From the NCBI GenBank assembly GCA_964016885.1, contig OZ024742.1, forward strand, positions 281,728,001 to 281,792,000: a DNA stretch of 64,000 bases. The letters run 5' to 3'. The stretch is from Eledone cirrhosa (lineage: Eukaryota). The translations under genes and the position numbers were made by a program. Every line of letters starts with the position of its first letter. Positions within the stretch are counted from its first letter, which is position 1. Positions 44,237 to 59,772 of this stretch are shown here, piece after piece. Under the pieces are notes generated by a model. It was given only the letters and a program-made list of their open reading frames with translations. It made no database searches and was not told the origin of the DNA.

Positions 44237-44389
44237 TATAAAGGTTAATGGATATCTTGGCCATTATTCTTATGTCCTTGTAGCTGCTTTTAAGCCTGAA
44301 GTTATCCAATTTGATATGTATACCTGCCGCTGGTGAGATGTATGTTGAACCAAATATACTGGTTCAACGATCGGATTTGATGTAACGTG

Positions 44390-45240
44390 ATCTTATGTAT
44401 ACCTTATCATGTCTGCCCACAGGGATGCAGTCATAGATTCCGAGATACACTTCAGAACCTAGAAGACTTTAATTGCCTTTCGAACACCGGCGAAACTAAT
44501 TTAATCGGATACAGATTGAAGCATTCGAACAACCTTTGCTTTTATGATTCGTTCGCCATGACAAGCATATCGAGATCACACAAACATCTCAAAATTTCTG
44601 CAAAATTTGCTGAAGTTGTATATTAAAGAATGGAGGTTAGTCATTTAACACCTGGACGAAATGGTGGCTCTTGATATCTTCATGCTTCAAAACAATTATT
44701 TTCTGATGAATTAGTTCTCTGCACGCGTCTTCATTACAATTACGCTATTTTAGTCATAGTATACATGAAGGTCCAGATATATGAACAATCTAAATTAAAA
44801 TACGGCGTGAACTTCCACAAACTTCCACTTCGAGAAATGGAAACGCTACTTGGATGATAGCCTTATTCTATGGTAGCATACACTCGACCAACTCAATGAA
44901 TTCAAAAACCTAATTAACAGCATCAATAATCATATCCAATTCACAATGGAATACAGTCAAGACGAAATCCCATTTATAGACATTTTAATCATACAAAGAC
45001 GCAAACATTGAAACTGACATCCACTACAAATCAACAGATCCAAAGCACACGGAGACGAACATTCCGTTTAATCTCGTGAGAAGAATTTGCACAACTGTCT
45101 CAAATTAGGAAACGCGGAATAATAAAGACTCCAAGAATCAAAAGAAATTCTGCCCGAAAGACAGTATCTATCGATATTAATAGATAATAGAATAGTAAGG
45201 GATAAAGCAATAGACATCCAAGAATTACGAAAACCGAAAG
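44390..45240 (+). pseudogene. Decayed PLE RT fragment (family D)
   Basis: WKRYLDDSLILW*, INSINNHIQFTMEYSQDEIPFIDILI, ETDIHYKSTD and NIPFNLVRRICT read across stops and frameshifts. Confidence 0.75.
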
Positions 45241-45409
45241 TTATCCCCGCTGCTTCTGCTGGAGTGCACTAGACGGCACTGGCTGTCAGCCTTACAATAT
45301 TCTTAGCTGATTGAGATTTCAAAATGTATATTTATTAAACATACCGTATATCTTTAGATGTACGAAATTCACATGCATGTATGTATAAAGCTATGCCGAA
45401 GCTAGATTT

Positions 45410-47205
45410 TAAATGTATAAACCCGGCACGCACAGATATGGGACTAGTCAGTAAGGCCATACTTAGAAACATAGTTAAGACCATTAGGACCAAGTCCAAC
45501 CTGCCCCAGTGGGAGAACACCGACTCCGTAATTAAGTGGTTTAACTCCTTAAAATCCAAAAAAGCGAAGTTCACACAGTTTGACATTGTCGATTTTTACC
45601 CGTCGATCTCAGAGACCCTGTTAAACAAAGCGTTGGACTTCGCTACCACTTATACCACCGTCGATGGTTTAGACAAGGAAATCATCGCTCACTGCCGGAA
45701 AACCCTCCTCTTCAACAACGGAGTAGCCTGGGCAAAGAAGTCTAGATCTTCAGACCTGTTCGACGTCTCCATGGGATCGTTTGACAGTGCTGACGTATGC
45801 GACTTGGTTGGCCTATTTATTACGTGTTAGATTCCGGGACTTCCACACGGGAATATACAGTGACGATGGACTGACTTTATCGTGCCATAAAAGTGGTCAC
45901 GACCTCGACCGGTTTAAAAAAGATTTAGCTTCTACCTTCAATGAGTTAGGCCTTAGGATAACAGTAGCCACCAACCTCTCTAGCGTAGATTTCTTAGACA
46001 TTAATTTAGACCTTCGCACACACACACACAGATCCTTCCATAAGCTAAACGAGAAACTTAATTACATTCACAAGGACTCATACCACCCTTCCACTGTTTT
46101 TAGAAACTTCGTTAAGAATATCAGTACTTGAATCTCAAACCTCTCCTCTAATAAGGCTATCTTTGACAGGGCGGCACCCTACTATAACACGGCGTTGGCT
46201 AACAGCGGCTTCTCACAACCTATCACCTACTCTCCCACTAGCAACAACACCATTAAGAAAAGTAAGCGCATGAATAGACAAACTATCTGGTTCTCTCCTC
46301 CCTTATAACTCAACGTTAAAACCAATGTATGAAAAAAATTTCTAGCCCTCTTAGATAGACACATCCCCATAGGTCATAAATACCGCTCCATCTTTAACCG
46401 ACACAAAGTTAAACTAGGATTCTCCTGCGCTCAGAACATGAAGGCCCACATCACCAGCAGCCCTAGGAGCAACACCCAACCAGGATGCTCTTGCCGTAAA
46501 CCTGAAGCTTGCCCCCTTCAACAACTATACAACACACCAGCTGTAATCTATGAAGCTGTGGTCACTTCCAACCGACCAAACGAACCACAAGAGGTCAAAT
46601 CCTATGTGGGCATGGCGGAGGGCCGATTCAAGGAGCGTTTCCTGAACCACCAGTCTACCTTCAGATACCCGGACAGACGTTCATCCACGAAACTCGAGAG
46701 CCACGTATGGTCCCTCAAGGACTCAAGTATAGGGTACTCCATTCAATGGAAAGCCATCACTAAGTCCAAGCCATACGCAAGGGGAAATCCGATGTGTGGC
46801 TTATGCATTGACGAACGAATAACTATCCTAAAGAGATTACGCAATAGTGATTGCCTAAACACGCGAAGTCAATTTTTAACAGGTTGTCCACACGTCACCA
46901 AACATCTATTGCATAACTACAAGGCTCCGGACTGATTCTTTGTAATTTTATTTTTAATTATTTTTAATTTTTTTTATTTTATTTTCAACCAAAAAACTTT
47001 CCGGACTTTCGCAGTTATCTCCCTTACACCCCCCGCACGCAGTCTAGTATTGCCTGTGTGAAGTGACCGAGTTTCTGCGCATGCGCGTTCGTACGGTTGT
47101 CCCTCCTGTTCCTATAACCATGCACATCCCGAGCTGAAGATCCGCGAAGGTGAAACAACTGTTCTCGGTATGGTGAACTAACTGTTGTGTAACCATTTCA
47201 ATATA
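45410..47205 (+). mobile_element. 5'-truncated decayed PLE (family C-related clade) with a 3' HHR
   Basis: FTQFDIVDFYPSIS, FDVSMGSFDSA, IYSDDG, DFLDINLDL; GIY-YIG VIYEAVV..SYVGMAE ending at 46935. Confidence 0.9.
47129..47168 (+). ncRNA. Minimal type I HHR
   Basis: CCGAG CUGAAGA U CC-GCGAA-GG U GAAAC AACU GUU^CUCGG. Confidence 0.8.
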
Positions 47206-47817
47206 TATATACAAATATAAATTAGCGAGAATCGTATTTCGGCTTTGGAAATTAGCGAAAACAACTTCCGAGATGTGTGGCAAGCGCTCAAATATTCTAA
47301 CGAACCAGAGCTACAACATACGTTAAAAGGCCAAACACACTGAGACGATGGTTAAACCATTATCCGCACAGCCATAGAAACGACCAAGTAATTCGGGTCA
47401 AACAAATAAAAAAAATGTGATTGAAAAATTTACCCGGACCCCTGGATGGTTGGTAAAAATCCAGCATTTGGGTTTCTGCGACTCCAAAATCAAGTACTGT
47501 CCGCTTAGACAAATAATGTTAGGCTTCTGGTAAGATGATTGAACAAGGAAGTCACTTTCTCAACAGGCTTTTAGTTCAATTGCCAGGCAAAGGATTGACC
47601 GTTACCAATACCCACGTGGGGCTCGACAAGGGAGGCAACCCTTGTTTTTGGCGGATATTTCAAAATATTAATAAATGAAAAATATTCTCATAATCAAAAT
47701 ATATATTTTATTATACATATTTCAAAGGTACAATGGTTTTTAAGTACGTTTTCATCAGATACAATATATAAGATTGGATATGCGACATACCACTACGGTT
47801 TTGATTATATATATAGT

Positions 47818-48098
47818 AAAATAATAACGGATGGTTACTCCTTCATTACATTTATTGATTGGGTACACACGTTTCGCTATTGATCAGCTCAAGGGTCGAT
47901 CTGTATCAATCTAGCCCGAATCTGTAATCAATGGCTAGTCGGACCTCTGTGGTAGTAATGACAGAACTGCCAGAGGTCCGACGAACCATTGATTACAGAG
48001 TCGGGATAAATTGATACAGATCGAACCTGAGCTGATCAATAGCGAAATGCGCGTCACCAATAAACGTAAGGAAGGGGTAACCATTCATCATTGTTTTA
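47818..48098. repeat. Long imperfect hairpin (~130-bp arms), probably a folded-back pLTR
   Basis: TTTCGCTATTGATCAGCTCA...GTCGGACCTCTG is mirrored by CAGAGGTCCGAC...TGAGCTGATCAATAGCGAAA. Confidence 0.8.
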
Positions 48099-48244
48099 TG
48101 TTATTATACTACCCTCTGTCTAGCTCTACACCTCGATACCCGGGTGAACCTACAGTAACTCCGCGTTACGCTCCCTGGATGTATGTATATAGTTTTGCGA
48201 GGTTTTTGATATGAAATCGTGTATCGAAACAAATATTATTATAT

Positions 48245-50113
48245 TTGGGGAGGATCATATTTGTGTAATAATATTGCCAGAATTAATAAGAGAACACACT
48301 CACTGTTTGGTTGGTTTTCGCTTCTGTATCTTTTATATCAGTTAATTTAATTTATTCGGTCCTCAATGTTACCATTGACTGACCAACGGTCAAAAATACA
48401 GATATAATATAGACACAAACACATATATATAGTCTAACAAAGTTCTTTCGTTGCTTGATGATAGCTCCATAGACCTCATCATGTACTCTCTTTACGTAGA
48501 CGACATCAATATAGTAATAAGGACATCCCCACAAGAGAGTACTAACAAGTTTGATTTAGAACGTAGCACAATGGAAAGCATCCACCAGATAGCTAATTCC
48601 ATACACCAGAGTATAACTGTAACTATCGACTACCCTTCCAAACACCCTAACAATAGACTACCTGTATTAGATACGGAACTCTGGATTAACACTATAGACG
48701 AGAGAGCCCAATTTCTCCACTCACACTACGCTAAACCCATGGCCTGCAAATACCTGATACTCAAAAACTCAGCAATGTCCAGTAGTGCTAAGTTTAATAT
48801 TCTGAGCGCAGACTTGGTACGAGGGATGAAGAACGTGTCCCGCATGTGCGACCCAACAGAAATGGAAAGACACATCCAACACTTCCTCAACCGCATGCAG
48901 TTCTCTGGCTACAACCAAAGAGACAGAATCAGGGTATACGATGGAGCCACGGAGAAGTATAAGACCCTCATAGAACTGGGCATGAAAGGAATTTGCCCAT
49001 TATACAGGAGCAAATCATGGAATAGCTTAGATAGGACAAGACATAAGATAGCGAAAGCCACCTCATGGTACGACAACAAGAGATACCAGAGTGTCTTGTT
49101 CGTGGACGCTACCCCTGGAGGGAAATTAGCTAACCAGTGTAGAAAGGCCCTGAGTAAGACCCACTTAAAGATTAAGGTGGTAGAAATCCAGGAACCACCA
49201 TAAAGTCCCTGATCAGCAAAACCTACCCTTTTAAAAAAAACCACTATACTAATATGTATACTAATGTATTATATGTAAAGTAAACCCTCGGATAAGCTGT
49301 AAAACTAGAAACGTAGTCTATAGCATAAGATGTACAGATGGTACTTGCAGAAACATGACAACAACATACATAGGCGAGACAGTTCGCAGCATAGGTGGGG
49401 GAAACTAAAAGGACGAAAAAAACGGTTCAGTACTATACGAACACGCCAGACAAAAACACAACGGTAACATAGACAACATAGAAATTAGAATAATATCTAA
49501 ACATAGAAATGACCCAGCAGATAGGCAAATCAGAGAAGCCAGCGAAATAGAACTTAGAAGACCAAAGCTAAACAGAAAAATGAATGGAATAACAACAACA
49601 CGCAAACAAACAATACTGACCTAAGAGAAGTATAAATAAACAAATAAATACATACACATGCACAGTAACAACAAACACATATAAACACACACTAGTAAAC
49701 TAAGATAGAATACAATAACCAAAACACAGTCACCCAAACACGAACACACCCACAATCACTATGCACACACGTAAACGCATGCGCAGAGAAGAAGGCAAAA
49801 ATAAATAAATAAATAAATAAATAAATAAACAGATTAAATAAAGATGGCGTAAACATACAATACAACAGAAGGAAACATAATAGCTCCACTGACGATGATG
49901 CAGATGTGCAACGAAAGAACTTTGTTAGACTATATATGTGTTTTTATTTATATTATATCTGTATTTTTTACCGTTGGTCAGTCAATGTTAACATTGAGGA
50001 CCGAATAAATTAAATTAACTGATATAAAAGATACAGAAGCGAAAACCAACCAAACAATAAGTGTGTTCTGTATTAATTCTGGCAATATTATTACACAAAT
50101 ATGACCCTCCCCA
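48245..50113 (+). mobile_element. PLE family A: inverted pLTR, 5'-truncated ORF and pLTR
   Basis: 48245-48454 is the reverse complement of ~49907-50113. ORF with LYVDD and RLPVLDTELW; GIY-YIG NVVYSIRC...YIGET; degenerate HHR at ~49887-49924. Confidence 0.92.
48455..49610 (+). pseudogene. PLE RT (YVDD) + GIY-YIG, frameshifted
   Basis: ORF 48451..49203, then frameshifts through the endonuclease. Confidence 0.88.
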
Positions 50114-50325
50114 AGTTTGCTTTTCCTTCTGTTGTTTACTTGTCTCACTCGCTTTACGCGTTTCGCTTGTCCCAATAGCTTATTTTAGTTATTGCTCGCA
50201 CCAACCTGAGGTGTCTGATTTTTAATGCGATGAAATACCAATGATGGTTGGCAAATCACTGATGAGGGACTAATTTTATAATATGTAATCCATGTGCAAC
50301 CATGCAGTATTCTTCTCCCCTTGTT

Positions 50326-50388
<63 letters not shown>

Positions 50389-50390
<2 letters not shown>

Positions 50391-51820
50391 GGGTGTAACA
50401 GCTAAATTGTCTCTCTCATGAATTCTTTAAAAAATATTTAAATGGACAAACTAATAGATTTGCAGGTTTCAATGTTTCCAGATATGACATATGGCCATAC
50501 TGACACCAGATGTTGCAAGTATCAGTGAAATACCTATTGAGATATTTAGCTAGAAAGAGAACTTGCTGAAATCGATTTGTGCCAGCCTTTTGATGTCTTC
50601 CCAACTGAGCAATGTCGAGCCGGCTAAGATCATCCAGTAACGGTACCAACATTTCTTCTATGGCTTTCATCTTGAAAGTCCATTCGGGAATCATCAAGGT
50701 GAATCTCGGGGTGAAGTATTCAATAAGAAGAGATCAAACTCAATCCATAAGGCGCTTGGCACATGAGAGAGGAGTTTCGGCTATGATAGTTCAAAGACCG
50801 GTGAAAATGAAATCGTGCGTGAGACTTGTGAGGCAACTTGTTACTCTAGGACAAAGGTTAGAAGGTTGGAGAGGGCGAAGATCATCTTGAACAAAGTGAA
50901 GCATAATCCTGGAGTGGTCTTTTACACAGATGAGTAGAATTTCACCAAGATAAGCAGACAAACAGACACAAAAGCCGCGTTCTGGCTTCAGATCCTCACG
51001 AGAGAAACAAAGATGTAAATTTCAAGTGCAAAACCCCTGCAAAATTGATGATTTTTGCATGCGCGGCCAGTGAGGGCAAGAAGATGGCATTGATCATATT
51101 TGAGAAGGCTGAGAGACTGACAGGAGTTTTTTATGTCCAGGGTTTGAAAGGTGTAAAGACCTGGATTCTTTCTGAATATCTTGTGGCAAGGGACGAGGGA
51201 AACCCCAACAAGATTGCTAAAGATTTCAAGTTTATATTCCAGCAAGATGGAGCTCCTTGTCACACGAGTGCAGTGGCTCAAGAATTTCTCAGGGATGAGT
51301 TTGGGGATAGGTTTGGGACCCCCCCCCCTTCCCCTTATCACCTGATTTGAACCCAATAAACTTCAGCATCTGGAATGAATTGGTCAGAGAAGCTTGTGAG
51401 ATGCCCCAAAGTAACCTGCAAACCCTCAAAATCTCCATCCGTAGGACATGGCAGGAAGACATTGATGAGGAAATCATTAAGAAAGATTGTGGTGCAGTCA
51501 GAAAAGGGGTTGAAGAAGTCATTGACAAAAGAATAGGATCTCTGGATGCCTACAGGCTGGATTTCGGCGAGATGGTATCTGGCACTTTGGAATAAAACTT
51601 TAAGCTTCTATTCAACCTTTATTCCAATCATTTATGAGCTCTCAATCCTGAGCTATGGTTAATTATTTATGAACATGTCTAACTTGGAGAGCAATCAACA
51701 TTTTCTTGCTCTAATGGTGTTAGATGGCCCCTGATAATTCCAATAGGTTATCTTTAGTATTCCTGAGCTACAGAAGTTCAAAGTTGAATCTAAAATGTTG
51801 ATAATTTTGCTGGTACACCC

Positions 51821-51822
<2 letters not shown>
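50389..51822 (+). mobile_element. Tc1/mariner-superfamily DNA transposon (probably maT/DD37D-like), decayed
   Basis: TIRs CCGGGTGTAACAGCTAAATTGTC / reverse complement CCGGGTGTACCAGCAAAATTATC; TA flanks; motifs VVFYTDE, FQQDGAPCH and PDLNPINFSIW. Confidence 0.88.
50720..51530 (+). pseudogene. DDD/DDE transposase remnant
   Basis: Fragments in ORFs 50612.., 51045.. and 51347..; stops and frameshifts. Confidence 0.82.
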
Positions 51823-51855
<33 letters not shown>

Positions 51856-51858
51856 ATG

Positions 51859-51959
<101 letters not shown>

Positions 51960-53645
51960 GCTGATTGTGTACCGGGATTGGTTTCGATATCTGTCATAGT
52001 GGTGAGAGAAGTTCCGAATTATATTGTCGTTAGAGTGAAAATTGCTGCACACACACACACTAACAATGTTTTGTCAAATCAAAGTCATGATTCTCACCTG
52101 TACAACACACGCGAACAGAGAGACGACCAATTTCATGTGCACGTCAATTTACAAATACATACACACCCGTAGACAAACAGTCACGCATAGACTGGGACCG
52201 AAATTTCAATCATACATAAACCTATCTCTGTATTGTTGATTTTTTGTATGAAAAATCAAAAACACAATTTCTATTTTATATAGTATGTGTATATATATAT
52301 ATATACACATATATACATATATTTGTGTGTGCGTGTGTGTGTGTGAGAGGGTGTGTGTTTATATAGAGCGGAAGATTGATAAGTGTATCATACACATAAG
52401 TGTATACAGATAAGCATCCATTTTCCCTGTGAATTATAAATATATAGCCATAGGGGTCGATAAAATAAAGTACCAGTAATGTACAAAACAACACTGTAAT
52501 GTAAAAAACAACACTGTTTATATATTATGCTGCTAATACTTGTAAACAATACTTGAAATGCTGGGAATTTTGAAGGATTCCCATTGATGCAATTTATCTA
52601 ACATTATGTCCGACTCTGAACGAACAAATCTGCCATTACCAGTATTTACAACTTCTTCAGTTTTATTTATGAATTAAATATAAATATATTTAGGCTTGCA
52701 GCACATGTTTACATCTTCATGATTACATATACTACGCTAGGGAATTTGCTGCTTCATTTATTGCGGCTGCAACTGTGGCTTCAGTTATGATGATGATGAA
52801 GATAATGATACTGATGATGAGGACCAGGAACAACGATGTACACTGTGACAATATTCCTTCTGAAGCCCGGCTAGGTATGTGTTTGTCAAAGCTTTGCTGA
52901 TGAGGTTCAATAGGATCTAGATATGCCAGGAACTTTGCTTTTGTTTTCGTTTTTCAATCTTATTCTGCTCTTTATCCAGGGAAGGGAAGACATTGCCCAC
53001 ATCCCTTTCAGAAGGTCAGAGAAAGGTTAGAGGGAGTGAGAATAGTCTCTTGAAACCGAAACATGACATACCTTCTTGCAACAGAATGAACTCCGCTAAA
53101 GGCTCTCAAGGGCGAGGTGATGGCCTTAAACTGAGAGACGGATGACATCTACCATCCGAGTATTCAATATACAGTTTGCAATAAGCCCAAATAAATAATG
53201 AAAATCATCTCAGCCGATGTTTTAACAATTTCCCCAATCCCCTACTCCAACCTAATACTTTATTTTATCGATGTCCAGATGATGAAATGTAACGTTAACC
53301 TTAACAGGGTCAAGATTTCATATATAGTCTGGACCTATTACAAATTTAGGTAACCTGCATTTCAGATCTGGCGTGCACCTATTACCCTATTTATATGGGC
53401 ATGGGTCATGTAAGATTTACACAGTAACTTGGTATATGGAGGATTATATAAATTACCATGAATAGGGATAAACGTTGTGTAGTATATTGAATCAGAGTTA
53501 AGATTGAGAGGCTAAACTATAGTTAACTTTACACATGTTGTGTAATTAATATGTAATGTTTCCCTCTAATAGCGTCCCTAAATCCGAATATATTCTACTG
53601 AAGTGTAACACTAAGCACACATACACATACAGACGCACACACACA

Positions 53646-53685
<40 letters not shown>

Positions 53686-53744
53686 CATACACACATACAC
53701 ACATAAACATATATATATATATCTGTGTGTGTGCCTTTGTGTGA

Positions 53745-53804
<60 letters not shown>

Positions 53805-55249
53805 TCATATATACATATACATATATATATATATGAGTTTGTACCATGCTGTTTTCTATACGTGAGTATGTGCATGTGGTTGTTCATTTAACTGTATAAT
53901 TAAATACATCCTGGGCTTTAGCGTAAATATCGAGGATACGTGCTATTACAACAATCATTGCCTCATGTATATGTGTGTGTGTGTGAGTTTGCCTGTATAT
54001 ATGTATATATATATATATATATATATACAAACGTATATATATTGTAAATCAAGATATACATATATATACATATATCTATATATATATATCTCTTATATAT
54101 TTGTATGTTGTGTATATATATACATATATATATATATATATTTATATATACACATACATTTGCGCATTTACGCATTTGCGGCCAGATCGAATTCGCTAGA
54201 GGTGTCCCATTTATAATTCTCAGCCACTCGATTTACGCACATTCGAACAAATTACAAAATTACAAGTGACTCTAATTACATAATTAGTCAACTCGTAATG
54301 CACAATTAGCCTCAACCTAAATGGAATCTACCCTACCCTCCAAAAGATTCTAGCTAACTTTCTTCGAATTATCAGAGAATTGATTCGTTACTTGCACATT
54401 TTTTGTACGACATTACAAGTAATTTATTTTGTATTGCAACAGAAACTGGAGACTTGGTCTGGTCGCTTGCAGGAGCACAGACCTCATTAAAGAGCCAAAT
54501 GATCGCGTTATACCGAGTGAGTGATTAAATGTACCACCTAATTAATCGGGATTTGAACTCAGAATGAAAAGATCCAGAAGAAATTCTGTAATGCATCTGA
54601 ACAAGCCCCTTATTTTGTCGATCGGTAACAGATAAACGGGACTATTGATCCCAGCAGTATCTGAAATTAGACGTGCTGATTTTTGTCACTTTAATTGCCT
54701 TCTGATTTCACCCCATCAAGTTTGCATATTTACATCATTGTTTTGCCAAACTACTATTTCGGGTGTCGTGTAATGTTTATAAATTTGGATAGATTCGGCA
54801 AAAGGTCTGACAGAAACACTTTTTCTTCATGCCAACCCCAACAATCTCAGGACTACGTCGCCAAGTAGGAAAACATTTCTACAGCTTCTGTAACCCGTAC
54901 ATTATCACATATCTAATGATATACACTACATATAATTCTCAAATCCTTTTCAAATAATAAATAATTTGGAATGATTTAGAAATAATTTAACTAATTCTCT
55001 TACTATTAAACTGGTGCGGAAAAAATGACTTAAAAAAAACATGATAAAAGTGGTTTAGATAAATACAGTATCGTAGAACCAGAGGCGATTTCAGGAGATT
55101 TGGTATTAAAAGGGTTAAACAGCATACCGTAGAGCTATCCCGTATCCCAGCCAGAGGATTTAATCTACGCTTCTAAATGTTCACCCCTTTCCTTCTCTCT
55201 CGCTCGCCGTATTTCATATCCTCTTTTCCTGACGTTTCTGTATTTGTAA

Positions 55250-55613
55250 AGGTGCTAGACACGGTCGTCTATCAACTTATCCCAATATCCGCTATCATCC
55301 TATCAGCTCCAATATCTTAAAGATGAAAGAAACGTTTGTTATCAAACAATTTCACCCACTCATTGAGTTCCTCTTCCTCTTAACAAATCACTACTTTAAC
55401 TTTTGGATAAACATATCTATCAAGAACCTCTTTTCTTACATCGCCAATCATTGGTCAATCACACTTGAGTATTTCAATACATAGGCAATATATTTGATCC
55501 CGTATGGCTCAACAAATAAATGACCTTCATATGAGATCTATCCGTCTCAACTCTCTAATGCCGGTAGTTTCCAGTCAAATCATACAATTGCAGCATATGG
55601 ATACGTATCTCTC

Positions 55614-55708
<95 letters not shown>

Positions 55709-55850
55709 CTCTCTCTATCATCTCTGGTGTGTACCAAGATTCGATTATGGCACTACACTTTTCATGATGAACATAAACGACCTCCTTGCTACCATTTTTC
55801 TGCAACTTTCACCTGTATGCAGATAACACTACTCTTCATTATTCCTGAAA
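55250..55850 (+). mobile_element. Old CR1/L2/Jockey-like RT fragment interrupted by a microsatellite
   Basis: SGVYQDSIMA (SGVPQGSVL-like), INDL and LYADNTTL. Confidence 0.6.
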
Positions 55851-58800
55851 TTCCTCACGTAGATATCATCCATATCTAATCTAGATACCAACACACACGA
55901 GCATATATACATTTGGTTTCCTTTGCAAAGGGAAAGTTAAATCATATATCAGAATTTAATATTTCTGATTCTGTTCTTCAATATACCTGATGAATTCTTC
56001 CTAAGCTAAATATAGGAAATCCGTCTTCTGAATGAGGATACGGCAATTCTTTGCTGAATATTCTTTCATATAACCTAAGCATGTTGCATTTGCATGAATG
56101 TAGTGAATGACAATGGAAATGTAATCATCTATAGCAGTGAGTCTTACCAAAAGTGCATCCTATTCATTTGGGAGCATTAGAAAACTCACAGAAGGTACTG
56201 AAAAGAAAATGGTTGGTATTGGCGCCATTGAAGAACAATATAGGATCATGAACGCTAATTAATAGTTGCTCATAAAAGTATCACGTTTAGTGATTTTTAA
56301 TTAAAATGTAAAAGATATCAAAGCTTCTTTGTCAACGTATACACTTTTAACAACTGTACAGTAGGGCGGGAGATTAAGAGGAAAGTTGACTTCGGCAGGA
56401 TTTGATCTTAGAAAGCAGAAACTGAATAAGCACCGCAAGATGCTCTACCTGTCGTTCTACTGATCTGCTTGGTTTTGGTGGAAACGTTTCACTAATATTC
56501 CTGTTGATTGTGTGAATGTAGGTATGTGTGTATATAAGTACATATTTAAGTATGCATTCATATATTTAAATATATGTATGTATGTATTTATGTATGTATT
56601 TATGTGTGTATGTATGTATGCATGCATGTACGTATGTATATATATGCATGCATATGTATGTGTTGTCCTAAGGTAGTTAGTTCTTCATACCTTATAACAT
56701 TATATATTGTTCTAACAAGAACATCATGATTTATAGATAGGTAAAACTCGGATGACATTTTCGAGGTCAAATGCTGATTACATGCAAGTGTCGTTCACAT
56801 AAATGTGTCATAATAGACATTTTTCATCGCATATAAATAACTACGCCATCTTTTTTTATTATAATCATTCGTTATTTTGTAATTATCTCTGACTCTTTTG
56901 TTGCAAAAGCATGATAATAGCAATGCGAAAGTTCTGTAGTAATCACAATTACAAGCAAGTGCTTCACTCACTGTTAATTATTGCACCGTTCTATTGTAGT
57001 TTTACGGTTAACCGTTTTGCTAGCAAATCTCATGAAACCTCCATTTGTTCTCCAACTCAAATCTATTTATTTTGAAGTAATTATATTTATCTAAATTCCA
57101 TTAAAATGTTATGTAAGAACCTTCAAATAGCAGCTTAATAATTAGAAAATTCGTTATCTTACTAAATTCCTTCAAATTCTTCATTATATGAAGTGTTTCT
57201 TTTTTAAGAGAAATATTGTAACACAAGTGTTAAAGTATTTATATTTAACCAAAAACCTTCCATCCTAATGTTGGGGTAGAACCTTTGCTAAACTGTGGTC
57301 CAAACTCATACTAAATGATACGAAAATTAGTTATAATAATAAATCCCTTCAAATTCTTGACCATGTTTAGAATGATTTCAAAATTCTCGTCATTATCTAT
57401 CATTAGGGTATGGCGTTAAAAGAAATAATTATACGTAAAAGTTTGTTACTAGAGTAGCGTTTCTCTTTTAATGGTCAATATTAAGGTTGATCTATCCATT
57501 AGCCTGTAGTGTGGTCGTATTAGATATCAACAAACGGTAAGAGATTCATCACCGCTCCAATAATGCTCCGCAATGTGTTTTCTCCTTTCCTTTAGTCAGG
57601 AGGTAATAATGCACATGACACTTTTCCGGTCCTTCGAAATATGTGCTTGGGAAGAACGGGAAGGTATCAACTAATAGATATGTTTTCAGTTAGGTGTACT
57701 CCACTAAACACATCCATGGGTAGTGTGGGGATGTTAAACCAGTTAAATGCGTAACATGATAGGATTTGAACTCAGAATGCAAGGAACCGGAACAAATGAC
57801 CCAAAACATAATGTCTAACGCTCAAAGGATTTTGTTAATCCATCACTCCAAAGTGGTAATTTATTTATCAACCCAAGATGAATGAAAGGTAAATTTGAAT
57901 TCCACAAGCTGTAAATTCAAAGGTTTTTTGTCTGATGCTATAAGAATTTTGCCAGTTCGTCACCCTTGTAAAATTAATTGATGTATTTGTTTTCGCTGTT
58001 GTTCTTGGGTGATATTATACACCAATCAAAAGCCATCTCGGTAGTTCTTTAGTGTTTTCTTCTTTCCGCCTGCGATAGGGTTTGTTTATATCGGTATTTC
58101 TGTGATATAGCAAACAACAAATAAGACCAGCAATGGAAAATACAATTACTTTGGTCTGATCTGATGATCGACAAACTTTCTTCCGAAGGTAACTATGATC
58201 TTGCAGATGTTAATATCAGTGGATCAGGTCGTGTCACCTCTATAGTCCAGTCAATAATCCAATAGTTTACTTCAAGTAATATTACTGCAGACGTATTGTG
58301 CAACATTATCGTGTAAGAGGAAATCTCCAGCTTCTATATGATTTTTAAGCCCGGTGTAACACAGTTGGATCGCGCCATCTTTATTCACAGAACCGTTATA
58401 TAATATATCTATATATATCAATAACTAGTTATTTGTAGCAAGCTTTGTATAAAACAAGATTGATATTGATGGGAACGTTTTCAGTTCAGAAAGCATTTCC
58501 TCTGTATCCAACTATTAAATAGAAACATTTATTCTGGCCAAATTTCAACAGCATATCACGTTATTATTGTAATATATATATTTCTAGGCACAGTGGATGC
58601 TTCCAGTGTAAATCTGTAGGTCGTTAACAATGAAATGATGGATTACAGTAATGTTTCCTGTTGTTGAAGGCCCTAGCATATAAGTACTCGATTTTCTGAA
58701 AATGAAATGACAAGAGACTCTGGATTTGTATCAAAATAGACAAGAGGACAGTGAGTGTGTTTCTTTCAAAATATTCAATTCGAAAGAAAGATTTATGCCA

Positions 58801-59256
58801 ATAAAATCAATCATTTTTTTCCACTTGATTTGATCAACGGTAAAGGCTGCTAATAATATTAACATGCAAGTGGCTGAGCATTATCCAGACATGTACGACC
58901 CAGTGTTGGTTCAGCGTGACAAATTGTCTAACAAGGCCGGCCTATTGAAGAAAAGTTATAACACATTTTCCCCAGCTATATAGAGGGGAACATGTTCAAG
59001 AACAAAACCAATCACTGATAATCGACCCTGCAACTTTACCCACATATGCAGAATATTCGAACCATTAAGACACACATTCATGTCATTAAGCTATAAATAC
59101 AGAAAATCGTTTGACTACCCCGTTCCATTGCCTATAATTTTCAAATCATTCAGAAAATAATGAAGAATTTGGGAGGATTTAGTAATATTTCTCAATGTTT
59201 ACTCTTTATCTTGGTGTTTGGAACATAACTTAACAAAGTTCGTTGTATAAAATAAT

Positions 59257-59390
59257 AATTGTTTCTACTTTTGGCACAAGGCCAACTGTTTTATCGACCC
59301 CGTAAGGATGAAAGACAAAGTTAACCTGGGCGGGATTTGAACTCAGACCGTAAAGGGCCGTAATTCTCTACCGATACTGCCAATCCACCG
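59257..59390 (-). mobile_element. Family S1 SINE with internal deletions
   Basis: Reverse complement of consensus blocks. Confidence 0.8.
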
Positions 59391-59584
59391 CACTTTGCAT
59401 AAAATAATAATGGAATAATTTTAAATAAATATCAACCTTTAAGTATAGTAGAAATAGAGTTGCTTTTCGACGGTTTGGTATTAAGGGATTATGGCAGCTT
59501 GCTTAAAGCCTTTAACAAATTTCCAGCACGCAATCATCAAGAGTCAATTGACAAGTTCCCAGACCTCATTCACTTAACGAGTGG

Positions 59585-59772
59585 GGTGGAGCTCGTCAAA
59601 TCGAATCCATTGTTCTTTCCAATTGCTGATACTATATATCGGTTGCAAATTTAGATAGAAGGAGCAACATGAAATAAAGTGTCTTGCTCAAGGACATAAC
59701 GCATCACCCGGTCGGGGAATCGAACTCACAATCTCACAATTGCGAATCCAATTTTCTAACCACTCAGTCACA
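59585..59772 (-). mobile_element. Family S2 CORE-like SINE
   Basis: Inverted homolog of 40437-40660. Confidence 0.75.

Noticed and set aside
52741-52874. Possible host exon (open frame ending at AG|GTATGT)
   Set aside because: The acceptor lacks a polypyrimidine tract, and the peptide is low-complexity (ATG repeats) with no recognisable similarity
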